Source: Candidatus Woesearchaeota archaeon
GTDB taxonomy: Archaea > Nanobdellota > Nanobdellia > Pacearchaeales > GW2011-AR1
Length of the DNA stretch: 64,000 nucleotides
Assembly: GCA_964514585.1 (NCBI GenBank)
Contig: CAZETU010000001.1
Span: forward strand, 50,523-114,522
Reading direction: 5' to 3'
Within the stretch, counting starts at the first letter, position 1. Every line of letters starts with the position of its first letter. The notes under the pieces were generated by a model. That model searched no databases. It saw only the letters and a list, made by a program, of their open reading frames with translations, and was not told the DNA's origin. Below are positions 40,301 to 49,141 of the stretch, piece by piece. Both the position numbers and the translations under genes were made by a program.

Positions 40301-40538
40301 TGTCCTTATCCCGCGACTTCATATCCTTAGTAACATAAGCCTCAAAACCAAAAATCAACTTCACTCCAGCCTTCTTAGCCAACTGATACTTCTTAACAAC
40401 CGCCCCCATATTCCCATGCTCAGTAATAGCAACCGCACTCTGACCCAACTCCTTAACCCGATCAAATAACTCAGAAATCTTCGTAGCCCCATCTAAAAGA
40501 GAATACTCAGTATGCAAATGCAAATGCGTAAATCCCAT
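37326..40538 (-). CDS. dnaE: DNA polymerase III alpha subunit (family C, DnaE type)
   Basis: PHP HLHLHTEYSLLDG; GRGSGAGS; PDFDVDF and KFDMLGL catalytic Asp motifs; YSFNKSHA; C-terminal OB fold. Confidence 0.97.
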   Translation of the reverse strand: MGFTHLHLHTEYSLLDGATKISELFDRVKELGQSAVAITEHGNMGAVVKKYQLAKKAGVKLIFGFEAYVTKDMKSRDKDMPNYHLILLAKDLEGYKNLVRLVSTANNEGFYYRARIDMDFLRKHSKGLICMSACIANDIARAVNNNDEEKAKKLIEDYINVFGKEDFYLEVQNHGIAEEAKVVDFYKRMGGEYGLKVVATVDSHFLKKDDAYAHEVMLAVGTNGNMDDEKRFRFSGEGYWVKSEDEMLEKFGDNQEWISNTCEVADKCNVELDMGEPIFPHFDAPDGMSHKDYLYKLCKEGLDERYKDKENYKEAIDRMNFELDVIGKMGFETYFLIVADFIREAKKFCQVGPGRGSGAGSIVAYSLGITQLDPLVLGLLFERFLNPDRISLPDFDVDFGDKDVVLDYVRKKYGKEKIAMIGTFGTMSAKSVLKDVMRVFRVPFEEANAITKLVNEKTIKKSLEACREDGKPTDDAAQLNNFKEKYKQIFEIASRLEGCVRHKGVHACGVVWGKEGINEYIPTYAKHGDVITQVEGPDIETYGLVKFDMLGLETLNVIKKVLDAIGKDDKWLENLPMDDDSVYKMLREEKSIGVFQFESEGMRKTLRQVQPDRFDDLIAIGALYRPGPMQYIPAYANRKAGKEEVVYVHPNAEKILAPTYGIMVYQEQVMQLSRALAGFSAGDSDVLRKAIGKKKIDLMHKMEVQFKDGCINHSGMERVAVDKLWDDIVKFAAYSFNKSHAAAYALISYRTAYLKKYYPVEFFAATISSAIRDPDKLAFYLESARSEGIKILHPDINTSREDFSVEVLGGHDSGEPEVDGETRTGVPPIGDSDESPSKTGKLIRVGLSGIKNVGGEAMVKIMEGRPYKSYQDFVNRVDLSKVNKRVCHSLISVGCFDDMGINRASLLEVYDRVEKHSNAAEKQMTLFGGVANVVEYPDLPPMKLKVKLDLECELLGACVSGHQIDAYHEAKNGDFTSFESLKHDMEADIFGIVKRYTQIVTKNGDDMAFMDISSKSSELKVTVFPNDFREALSDRRIKEGDAVKLSGKYVEDEEYGNSFIAKNVMTCDAK
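38022..38120 (+). repeat. 99-nt in-frame, hairpin-rich insertion within dnaE
   Basis: Adds 33 aa between FSVE and GKLIRVG; three consecutive hairpins with loops GTCA, CCGT and ACCA. Confidence 0.6.
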
Positions 40539-40639
40539 CCTAAAAAAAACAAAAGACCCTTTAAATTTATTATCGTGCTACTAAATAATTACAAACAAAA
40601 AATATTATACAAAAAATTAATCTTTAAAAATTCACTTCA

Positions 40640-41134
40640 CTAATAACTAGAATCCCACTTACCAATACTATATTTCCTTTCAAAAAATTCCATAAACTCT
40701 TTATTGCTCGCTATATTTTGGAATATTTCATCTACGTCCATAGACCCTAATTTAGGATGATTTTTATATTTACTAGAAACAACCCTAAGGGGGTAGTTTG
40801 GATAAATTAACTTCAATAAATCAAATAATAGCTCAGTATCATGTAATTCATCACCATCTCCTTCGCCCAATAAATCTGCCTCCTCAACCCAATTTTCAAA
40901 TTCAGCTATTACTTTTGTTTGAGTTAAGGTATCCTTTCCTATGGTTTCTTTTTTAATCCAATCAATAATTTTTTTATGTAGTGATGGAATCATATGAGCA
41001 TGCTTACAACAACACCAAGAGCTCAAATAATTAAAAAATATTTCTGATCTATAATAATTTTCTTCATTTAAAAATTCTTCAACAATCTCCTCATCAACAA
41101 TAAAAATTTCCTTACTCTCTTTAGGAAATTCCAT
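40640..41134 (-). CDS. Hypothetical protein, possibly PIN-like
   Basis: N-terminal FIVD, later GDGDELHD..LL and LRVVS, the spacing of PIN acidic motifs; AT-rich. Confidence 0.4.
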   Translation of the reverse strand: MEFPKESKEIFIVDEEIVEEFLNEENYYRSEIFFNYLSSWCCCKHAHMIPSLHKKIIDWIKKETIGKDTLTQTKVIAEFENWVEEADLLGEGDGDELHDTELLFDLLKLIYPNYPLRVVSSKYKNHPKLGSMDVDEIFQNIASNKEFMEFFERKYSIGKWDSSY

Positions 41135-41140
41135 TATTAT

Positions 41141-41392
41141 TTAGAAATCAAACTTCTTATTAAGAAGCCCAGCACTTGAAATTGCATCTCTAAAACCATC
41201 TGTGGGTTTCTGTGCTCCTTTAATCTCTCTAGTAATCATTCTAAGTGGGGAATTCTTCACAACCATTATTTCTAAAAAATCCTCCATACCCATCTTTCTT
41301 GCAATTCTCTCCGCAGGAGAGATAGAACTACCTTTAACAATAGTAATACTCTTAACTTCCGAATCTTTATTTAATTCCATAAGATTTTCCAT
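41141..41392 (-). CDS. Small hypothetical protein (possible partner of 40640..41134)
   Basis: 83 aa, 6-nt gap to the downstream gene. Confidence 0.45.
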   Translation of the reverse strand: MENLMELNKDSEVKSITIVKGSSISPAERIARKMGMEDFLEIMVVKNSPLRMITREIKGAQKPTDGFRDAISSAGLLNKKFDF

Positions 41393-41551
41393 AGAATTTA
41401 TGATATAAACCTTTCGGTCACCCCTTTTATTAAATCACTACAAATATCTAACTTTAAAAAACTTATGATGAAATAATTTTTATTGTTAGAATTCATACTA
41501 TTTTCAGGTAACACGTGTATTTATATTTTTCTTTTTTATAGTACTATACAC

Positions 41552-44500
41552 TCAAAACTCCCCCAACTTCGCGTCCTTCTCACCCTTCCCAAAAATCGAT
41601 TCAATATACATCCGCGTTAACTCAACCCCTTCCTTAGTATAAGACGACAAATTATAATTCTTAGTCAAGCTCATTGCCGAATCCAAATACTTCTTTATCG
41701 ACCCCTCACTAATCGTAAAAATAATTCGGCCCCCACACTTCGTACAAACCCCACTCAAAGGCGGCCTCCGAAATTTCTCATTACAACTACTACACCTAAA
41801 CTGCTGCCGCGCAAACTTCCTCAAATTCCCACGAATATCCCTCAAAAAATGCCTCTCCAAAATAAGTCTCGCAACATCATCAGTATCAACCGCCCGAATC
41901 TTCTTAACCAAATCCATCTGCGCATCAACCTTCTCCTTCATCGTCGGCAAAATCTTATACGCCCCATTATTATAACCCAAATTTAAATCACTAGTATCAT
42001 GCGTAAACCCTGCTCCAATAAACGGTTCGCCTTCCTTCATCTTATCCCGAACCAACTCAACGTCTTCTGCCATCACAGAATGCACCCCTTTCTCAGCCAA
42101 CCTATAAAAATCCAAACTATACCCACTCCCCGTATCAAGAAACAAAATCTGATCATCAACTTCACTAGCCCGAATCCTAGAATTCAAAACCAACGGCGCA
42201 TCCTGACTACCTCCACGATGCCCAGGTAAAAACTTCCTAGAAAAATTCAACAAAACATCCATCAACAACATCACAGCAGCCTCGTCCCCATCACAATCCC
42301 GCCGAATCGCCGCATGCATATAAGGACTAGCAACAATCCCCTGCATCTCGCTCCACCCAATAATCCGACCAATAACTCCCGCGCAATTATGCGGCGCCAT
42401 ACAAACAACCAACCGCCCAACCAAATCCTCCTTCGACTTCAAATTATAATATTTATCCATCTTGTAAAACCGCGCCAACTCCTCATCAACAAAATTCGCA
42501 ATATTCAAAAAAACATCATCCGCCTTCTCGTCCTTAGTCACAGAACACGACGGCATCACAATATCATGCGGCTTCAACTCCAAAACCTGATCATCCTTCA
42601 ACAACTCCTCCCCATGAATATCCTTATCATAACCAAGACTCTTCAATTTCTCAATACTAACCCGAATCTCAAACGGCTTAAAATGCGTCAACGGAATCTC
42701 AGTCCCATCATACCGAACCGTCCCATCCTTATTTACAGACAAATTAAACTTCGCCCTCAAAATCCCCTTCGCTAAATTCTCCGGGACATAACTATTATTA
42801 TTCAAAGACTTAACCCCTTTAACCATCGGCGGCACCTCAAAATCCTCATACCCAAGCAAAGCCCGCGCCGTCGCAAAATAATATTTAACGTCAATTTTCC
42901 TATTTGAAAAATCAAAACAATTATCATGCAATTTACAAATATCATCCTTATTCTCAAAACAGCCCCGACAATGATAAGATTTCAAAACACTCCCCCCACA
43001 TTTTTCACAAGAAGGATAAATCGTCTCATCTCCACATTTTTCACATTTACGAAGCGGCCAATTAGACTTCACAAACCCAGCTTCAACAGCATCTTGCACA
43101 CTCCTCAGCCGACCACCCTGATCACTAACAGGGAACAAAACATTCGGACTCCCAGTCAAATGCCGAGGCTTCGCCTTCTCCGGCCGACCCATCCGCGCCC
43201 CAATAAAACTCCCAGCCTTATCTTTAATCTTAAACTTCGACAACCCATTAACAACTTTCAAAACATCACCATCAAAATCCCCCTCCAACTTAAACATCTC
43301 CCCATCCATCATAAAATCCCGGCCCAAATTAACCAACAGAGCCTTCGCATCGTCACTAATCACAACATTATCCAAAACAATAGAATGTTCAATTCCTAAA
43401 ATTTCCAAGGCCCGTTTCGCCTTACCATAATTCTCCCGATTAGATTTCTCCCACGGCAAAACCAACTTACCATTCTCACCACCTCGCCAAACACCCTTAT
43501 TCAACCATTCGGCCAAAGCCAAAAAATCCTCATTCATAATCTGCGTCCAATAAAAAATATAACGCGGATGAAGTGGAATAGAATATTTCAAACTAACCCT
43601 CATCGCCTCCTCGGGTGAAACAAAAAACTCGGGAGCCTCACCAGTCACATCCAATTTCTCCTTCAATTCCAAATCCCACCACTCTTCAACATAGCCAGGC
43701 CGCAACAAATCAGAATTTCTGTCCATTACATCCCCTACTGGAAACAACATATCCCCAAGATAAATAATCTCATCGACCTCTCCATAAATTTTCTTCGCCT
43801 CCTCAAAATTACTAATTCTCTTCACCGACCCATCCTTCATCTTCACAATCGGTCCATCAATACCATCATTCGAAGTAATAATACAGCCCTTCGTTGGCTT
43901 CTCAATTTTCAACTGCGTTCCATTAGACAAAAACCCATTACTAATCCCCATCGTCGCAGGATGAACAGACACCGCGCTAAACCCACTCGTTCGCCCTCGA
44001 CCATATCGAATCCGAAAACCACCACTCCTCGACGGATGCCCATAAACCGGACGCCCCGCAACTAAATCCTTAATATAAGTCGCAACAACTTCCTCGTCGC
44101 CTCCCTCCCGTTTCTTATGTAACTCCAAATACCCAACCAACCAATCCCAACCAGTACAAACCAACTCATTATCCTTAACACTCTTCAAACGACCAAGCGC
44201 CTTCCCAGCCTTCTGCGCCAACCCCTCACTAAAAGCCAGACACATCCCACCCCGAATAAAATTAGTATGCACCCGCGGCAAATCCTTATAATTCGAAACT
44301 TCTAATCTACTAGTAGGATCCCCATCAATTTGAAATGGCAAATGACTCGCCAAAAAAGCCATCTCCTCTTCCGTCGGAAAATACTGCAAGTTAGTAACCC
44401 TCTCATGAAAATCAGTATTCTCGGTCACATACCTCTTAACCTCCTCTCCACTCGGATCAAACTTAGCATAACCAAAATGCTCCCGCAAATAATCAATCAA

Positions 44501-45007
44501 CATCAAAACAACACAAACCGAAGTCGTCCCAGCCGAACGAATCGGCCCACTAAAACTCGCGATAAAATAATCCTTACCTTCTCGGGTTTTCCCCAATCTC
44601 AAACCCGTATAACCCTCAATCGGCGGAACCACAACCCCCAAAGTCATATAAGCAAAACCAACCCGAATCCCAGCATCAATCGCCTCCAACTGATCCTTAA
44701 ACTTACCAAACTTACCCTCGGCAATCTCCCGCGCAATCACAAAACTAACGGTCGTATCCAACTGTCCATACATCCCTTCCAGCTCCCCCATCCTTTTAGA
44801 AATCCTCTCAATAGGTAAATCAGGATAAACAACCGCAACCAAACGAACAGCCTTCTCAGTCATAGTCACAGCCAACGGCGATTCAACTTCTTTAACAGGA
44901 TCCAACCCCTTGCTCCGAGCCTCACTAGCAACTTCATACTCCTTAATCACTTGAGCCTCTAAATCCGCAAAATATTTCTCACTATCCCACTTATACAAAT
45001 CATTCAT
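41552..45007 (-). CDS. polC: DNA polymerase D large subunit (DP2)
   Basis: GPIRSAGTT, DLVAGRP, FIGARMGRPEKAK, RRDCDGDE catalytic motif, C-terminal Zn finger; start probably 45007. Confidence 0.98.
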   Translation of the reverse strand: MNDLYKWDSEKYFADLEAQVIKEYEVASEARSKGLDPVKEVESPLAVTMTEKAVRLVAVVYPDLPIERISKRMGELEGMYGQLDTTVSFVIAREIAEGKFGKFKDQLEAIDAGIRVGFAYMTLGVVVPPIEGYTGLRLGKTREGKDYFIASFSGPIRSAGTTSVCVVLMLIDYLREHFGYAKFDPSGEEVKRYVTENTDFHERVTNLQYFPTEEEMAFLASHLPFQIDGDPTSRLEVSNYKDLPRVHTNFIRGGMCLAFSEGLAQKAGKALGRLKSVKDNELVCTGWDWLVGYLELHKKREGGDEEVVATYIKDLVAGRPVYGHPSRSGGFRIRYGRGRTSGFSAVSVHPATMGISNGFLSNGTQLKIEKPTKGCIITSNDGIDGPIVKMKDGSVKRISNFEEAKKIYGEVDEIIYLGDMLFPVGDVMDRNSDLLRPGYVEEWWDLELKEKLDVTGEAPEFFVSPEEAMRVSLKYSIPLHPRYIFYWTQIMNEDFLALAEWLNKGVWRGGENGKLVLPWEKSNRENYGKAKRALEILGIEHSIVLDNVVISDDAKALLVNLGRDFMMDGEMFKLEGDFDGDVLKVVNGLSKFKIKDKAGSFIGARMGRPEKAKPRHLTGSPNVLFPVSDQGGRLRSVQDAVEAGFVKSNWPLRKCEKCGDETIYPSCEKCGGSVLKSYHCRGCFENKDDICKLHDNCFDFSNRKIDVKYYFATARALLGYEDFEVPPMVKGVKSLNNNSYVPENLAKGILRAKFNLSVNKDGTVRYDGTEIPLTHFKPFEIRVSIEKLKSLGYDKDIHGEELLKDDQVLELKPHDIVMPSCSVTKDEKADDVFLNIANFVDEELARFYKMDKYYNLKSKEDLVGRLVVCMAPHNCAGVIGRIIGWSEMQGIVASPYMHAAIRRDCDGDEAAVMLLMDVLLNFSRKFLPGHRGGSQDAPLVLNSRIRASEVDDQILFLDTGSGYSLDFYRLAEKGVHSVMAEDVELVRDKMKEGEPFIGAGFTHDTSDLNLGYNNGAYKILPTMKEKVDAQMDLVKKIRAVDTDDVARLILERHFLRDIRGNLRKFARQQFRCSSCNEKFRRPPLSGVCTKCGGRIIFTISEGSIKKYLDSAMSLTKNYNLSSYTKEGVELTRMYIESIFGKGEKDAKLGEF

Positions 45008-46514
45008 CTTTAACCCCCACTTTACAGTCACTAAGCTCACAAATCAAATCCTCACCAGTCTCCCACTTCACATCATCATCCCCAGAAAAATCAACAATCT
45101 TAACTTCCCTAGTCTTCAAATTAACCAACGGCACCTTACAAGGATCCGGCACATTCCCAACCTTTTCCTCAAACGGAGTCATCGACTGCCAACACGAACT
45201 CGAAACCAACAAAATATTATTATAACTACAAATCTCCGCCCGATGCTGATCCGCCGTCGCAACAATATCCGGCACAACATCAATCACCAAAGGATCCTTC
45301 TCCTCACAAGGAATATAATCCATCACCCCATGCATCGGAGCCAAATGCCGCCGCTTCAACATCTCCTTCACAACCCTCGTCGGATTCCCGTGCCCGCTCT
45401 CGACCCGAATATCATCCATCTGATTAATAAAACGATTTATACTCGCCCCGTGATACATCAAAACCTTAAACCCGCCCCCAATCTCAACCAAAGCCGGATT
45501 AGTAACTAAATGCAAATTCTCCATCTCATACAACCCCGGCGCCCACTTCCGCGAAATCATAGGCTGCGGCTCACCCAACCAAACCGAATCGTGCTGCCCC
45601 GGACACATAATAATCTCAACATCCTTCCGAATCAACTTCAACAACTCCTCAACCTTCCGATACTGCCCCAAAGACGTCTTAATATTCAACCACTTATCCT
45701 GATCCGCAAAAATCCCAACCCCATCAATATTATCCCCAGTCAAAAACAAATACTTAACCTTCATCGCAATCGCCCTCTGCCTATCATCCCCAACCCCACC
45801 ATTCAACCACTTAATAAATTTCAACAAATTCTTCTCTAAAAACATCGTCGACCCAGTATGAAAATCCCCACTAAAAGCAACATACTCATCAACATTCCCG
45901 TGCCGCTCCTTCTCCAGCCCCGCATCAGGATAAATAATATCACTCACAAACAACATCTTCCCCGTCCCCGAAACCCGAAACGCAACAATATCGTCAACCA
46001 ACAAATTCTTCGCCTTCTCAAAAACCTCCCGCCGATCCTGGTTAACCAAGACAACACTATTCCCCGTCAAATCCTCAACCTCAAAAAGCATATTCTTATT
46101 CTTAGTAATCCTCTTATCCGTCACCGCTGCAATAATCGTACAAACAATATTATTAGAATCAATTTTCCGAAGCGAACTCAAATTATCAAACCCCCTCTCC
46201 TCTAAAATCCCCTTCAACACCCCATAACGATACCTAAAATGATTAATAAAATCCTTAACCTCAATCTTCCGCTGCGAAAAACTAACCGACGAAATCAACT
46301 TCACAGACCCCTCATTATCAACCTTCACACCCCCAAACTTATCAGAATAACTCAAAAACAAACTCCTAGTCACCAAACCCCTATTAATACCCATCTTCTC
46401 AAACGAATCAATAACCTTCTCAGCGACCCCCTCATCCATCCCAGAAAAATATTCCAACATCTCTTTATCTAAAAGATATCCCATTTCCCTGCAAAGCTTC
46501 AATATTTCTACCAT
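45000..46514 (-). CDS. polB: DNA polymerase D small subunit (DP1, proofreading exonuclease)
   Basis: OB fold plus calcineurin-like motifs GDFH, GDNIDG, PGQHD, YHG, HLAP. Confidence 0.95.
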   Translation of the reverse strand: MVEILKLCREMGYLLDKEMLEYFSGMDEGVAEKVIDSFEKMGINRGLVTRSLFLSYSDKFGGVKVDNEGSVKLISSVSFSQRKIEVKDFINHFRYRYGVLKGILEERGFDNLSSLRKIDSNNIVCTIIAAVTDKRITKNKNMLFEVEDLTGNSVVLVNQDRREVFEKAKNLLVDDIVAFRVSGTGKMLFVSDIIYPDAGLEKERHGNVDEYVAFSGDFHTGSTMFLEKNLLKFIKWLNGGVGDDRQRAIAMKVKYLFLTGDNIDGVGIFADQDKWLNIKTSLGQYRKVEELLKLIRKDVEIIMCPGQHDSVWLGEPQPMISRKWAPGLYEMENLHLVTNPALVEIGGGFKVLMYHGASINRFINQMDDIRVESGHGNPTRVVKEMLKRRHLAPMHGVMDYIPCEEKDPLVIDVVPDIVATADQHRAEICSYNNILLVSSSCWQSMTPFEEKVGNVPDPCKVPLVNLKTREVKIVDFSGDDDVKWETGEDLICELSDCKVGVKDE

Positions 46515-46578
46515 CCAAAATCGAGGAATCTACAACTCAATGGAGTTTGTCCTCAGTATTACCTTATTTTACTTATTT

Positions 46579-47793
46579 TTAAAGCCCCAACGACTCAATA
46601 AGAATCGCCTCAACTTTATCAAACAAATTCGACGGAACTGACAACCTAATTTCACGCGTCCTACCATGCCGTCCCTTCGAAATGACCTTCGCATTAATTA
46701 AACCCAACATATCAATCTCAGCCAAAATATCACTAATCCTCCGCTGAGTCAAAGAATCCGTCTTCGTATCATCACAAAGCCCCTGATAATAATTATAAAC
46801 ATCCCCAGTAAAAAACCTATCAACACCCTGGTCCTTAAATTGCTTCGTCAATTGCAATATAGAATACAAAACCAGCTGAAACTGCTTCGGCTCCCCTTCA
46901 ACAATATCCAAAATCTTATCCCGTTCCATTTTCATATTCGCCAAATCAATATAATCCTCCCCAATCAACTCCTTACCTTCCCTCTCACTAAGCTCCCCAG
47001 CAATCCTAAGCAAATCTAACGCTCTCCTGGCATCACCATGTTCCCTCGCCGCATAAGCCGCACACTTCGCAATAACACCGTCAGCAACAGTATTCTCCTT
47101 AAACGCCTCCTCACATCGATCTTTCAAAATATCTTGCAACTGAATCGCATTATAAGGATGAAAAACAAACTCTTCCTCACCCAAACTCGACCGAACCCTA
47201 GGGTCAATATTCTCCAAAAAAGTCACCTCATTAGAAATCCCAATAATCGAAATCTGAGCCAAACTCAATTCCTGATTCAACCTCGTCAAAGAATAAAGAA
47301 AATTATCACTCATCTTCTTAATCGCCTGATCAATCTCATCAAAAATAAAAACAATCAACTGCTTCTTACTATCAACCAACTCAATAAACTTAGACCAGAC
47401 CTGATCCGTCGGCAATCCCGTTGCGGGAACTGAGCCCCCAAGCTGATGAATCAAAGCCGCCAAAATTCTATACTCAGTATCAGCAACCTTCTTCAACTTA
47501 CAATTCAAATATTCAAATCTCACATTAACATCCAACTCAATTGATTTCTTAACCAACTCATTTCTAACATACTCAACAGAAAGCGTTTTTCCAGTTCCCG
47601 TTTTCCCATAAACAAACAAATTACTGGGCCTCTCTCCTCGAAGCGCCGAAGCTAAAATTTCAGCAATTGATTTAATCTGCTCATCCCTATGGGGTATCGA
47701 CTCGGGTGTATAACGAACCTGTAACACACTTTTATTCTTAAAAAGACTATTATTAACAGCCGAATCAAAAATCTCACCCAACTCAACACCCAT
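46579..47793 (-). CDS. cdc6: Orc1/Cdc6 replication initiator
   Basis: YGKTGTGKT, FDEID, GDARRALDLLR, C-terminal wHTH GRHGRTR. Confidence 0.97.
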   Translation of the reverse strand: MGVELGEIFDSAVNNSLFKNKSVLQVRYTPESIPHRDEQIKSIAEILASALRGERPSNLFVYGKTGTGKTLSVEYVRNELVKKSIELDVNVRFEYLNCKLKKVADTEYRILAALIHQLGGSVPATGLPTDQVWSKFIELVDSKKQLIVFIFDEIDQAIKKMSDNFLYSLTRLNQELSLAQISIIGISNEVTFLENIDPRVRSSLGEEEFVFHPYNAIQLQDILKDRCEEAFKENTVADGVIAKCAAYAAREHGDARRALDLLRIAGELSEREGKELIGEDYIDLANMKMERDKILDIVEGEPKQFQLVLYSILQLTKQFKDQGVDRFFTGDVYNYYQGLCDDTKTDSLTQRRISDILAEIDMLGLINAKVISKGRHGRTREIRLSVPSNLFDKVEAILIESLGL

Positions 47794-47865
47794 TCTTCAC
47801 CACCATAAAACAAAACCACATCTAAACTATTTAAACTTTCATATACTAGAAGACATAACCCCAAC

Positions 47866-48187
47866 ACCCCTACTTCTCTTGGAATTAAAACTCTACTTCT
47901 TTATTAATATTAAGACAAAAATAATCAAAATCTCCTCGATAAATCAATTTTATTAATAATTAACCCTCACCCCCCTATTTCCTCTCCAAGAGAAATCTAA
48001 AATTCAAATTTTTTTAATAGAATCCAAAGTATATACTACAATATATCCATCATAACATACTATATTTAATAATATATAATATAATATATATAATATATAA
48101 TATAAATATTTATAAATAAAAATTAAAAAACAAAAACAAAAAAGTCCCCAAAAACTTTAAAAAACTTTCTATGAGAAACCAAGGGGT
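47866..48187. promoter_or_regulatory. Putative oriC with ORB-like boxes flanking an AT-rich unwinding element
   Basis: Minus-strand TTCCAAGAGAAGTAGGGGT (47866-47884) and TTGGAGAGGAAATAGGGGG (about 47970-47989); plus-strand CTCCAAGAGAAAT (47984-47996) and TTCTATGAGAAACCAAGGGGT (48167-48187); near-pure A/T tract about 48060-48130; directly upstream of cdc6. Confidence 0.8.
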
Positions 48188-48326
48188 CACAGGTAAAATC
48201 ATAAATTAATACATAAATATCAAAATATCAACCATTTTTAATAAAAATAAAACAAATTACTTCACTACTTCTTTTTAATAAAAATTCGAAAGAAAGATTT
48301 ATAAACAATTTACATTTAAACAAACT

Positions 48327-48581
48327 ATGGAGAAAAAACCATTCAAAGCTCTTCTTGGAAAACAAGTTGTAACAAAAGAGGGTAAAAAATTAGGTATTGT
48401 TAAAGATATAACATTTGAAGCCAGAACAGGCGAATTAATACACATTGTCCTTAGGGATTTAACAACATACACAGCAAATTTATCTTTAGAAAGGACAAAA
48501 GAAAGAGAAGCGTTGGTTCCATATAATTCAGTTATAGCAGTTGGTGATTTTATTGTAGTTTCAGAAGAAGATCTATTATAA
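48327..48581 (+). CDS. PRC-barrel domain protein
   Basis: LLGKQVVTKEGKKLGIVKDI...VIAVGDFIVV. Confidence 0.9.
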   Translation: MEKKPFKALLGKQVVTKEGKKLGIVKDITFEARTGELIHIVLRDLTTYTANLSLERTKEREALVPYNSVIAVGDFIVVSEEDLL

Positions 48582-48615
48582 TAAAACTTATAAACCACTT
48601 TTATCAAAACCTAAT

Positions 48616-49017
48616 ATGGCAAATATGAAATTAATTGGAGCAAAATTCACAAAAGTGAACGCAGAGAGAAACCCCGATTTTAGCGGCAAACTATCTATGG
48701 ATACAAATATCAAAATCACAGAATTAGATAGAGTTAAAGACTCCAAAGACGCCGTAAAAATCTCATATTTATTCGGAATAGACTATGGAGAATTAGGAAA
48801 AATATCAATAGAAGGTAGTCTTTTTGTAACAACTGACTCAAAAACAGTAAAAGAATTAATCAAATTATGGAAAGATAAAAAAGTAGATACTCCAGAAATG
48901 ATTGCAATAACAAACCTAATCATACAAAAAGCCTCAATAAGGGCTTTTGAATTAGAAGAAGAATTAGGTCTACCAATCCACATCAAACTCCCCTCTTTAT
49001 CGATCAAAAAAGATTAA
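48616..49017 (+). CDS. Conserved-looking hypothetical protein
   Basis: 133 aa beta-rich ORF ending ELGLPIHIKLP. Confidence 0.7.
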   Translation: MANMKLIGAKFTKVNAERNPDFSGKLSMDTNIKITELDRVKDSKDAVKISYLFGIDYGELGKISIEGSLFVTTDSKTVKELIKLWKDKKVDTPEMIAITNLIIQKASIRAFELEEELGLPIHIKLPSLSIKKD

Positions 49018-49059
49018 TCAATCATTTTATATATGATAATTTTTCTATAGTATATTATT

Positions 49060-49140
49060 GCCCATATCGCATAATGGTATTGCACGCGGCTCGAACCCGC
49101 GGCCGTTCTCGGCGTCCCCGTTCGATTCGGGGTATGGGCG
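49060..49140 (+). tRNA. tRNA-Ser(CGA)
   Basis: Acceptor GCCCATA/TATGGGC + G73; anticodon stem CGCGG/CCGCG with loop CT-CGA-AC; long variable arm GCCG/CGGC; T-arm CCCCG-TTCGATT-CGGGG; no encoded CCA. Confidence 0.95.
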
Positions 49141-49141
49141 T

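Noticed and set aside
37326-40538. dnaE as simple bacterial contamination
   Set aside because: Its codon and strand bias match the adjacent PolD genes and its intergenic flanks look continuous with host sequence; still to be confirmed by read mapping.
41552-45007. Intein in DP2 or DnaE
   Set aside because: No Cys/Ser...His-Asn splice motifs or length excess; the only insertion seen is the 33-aa loop in DnaE.
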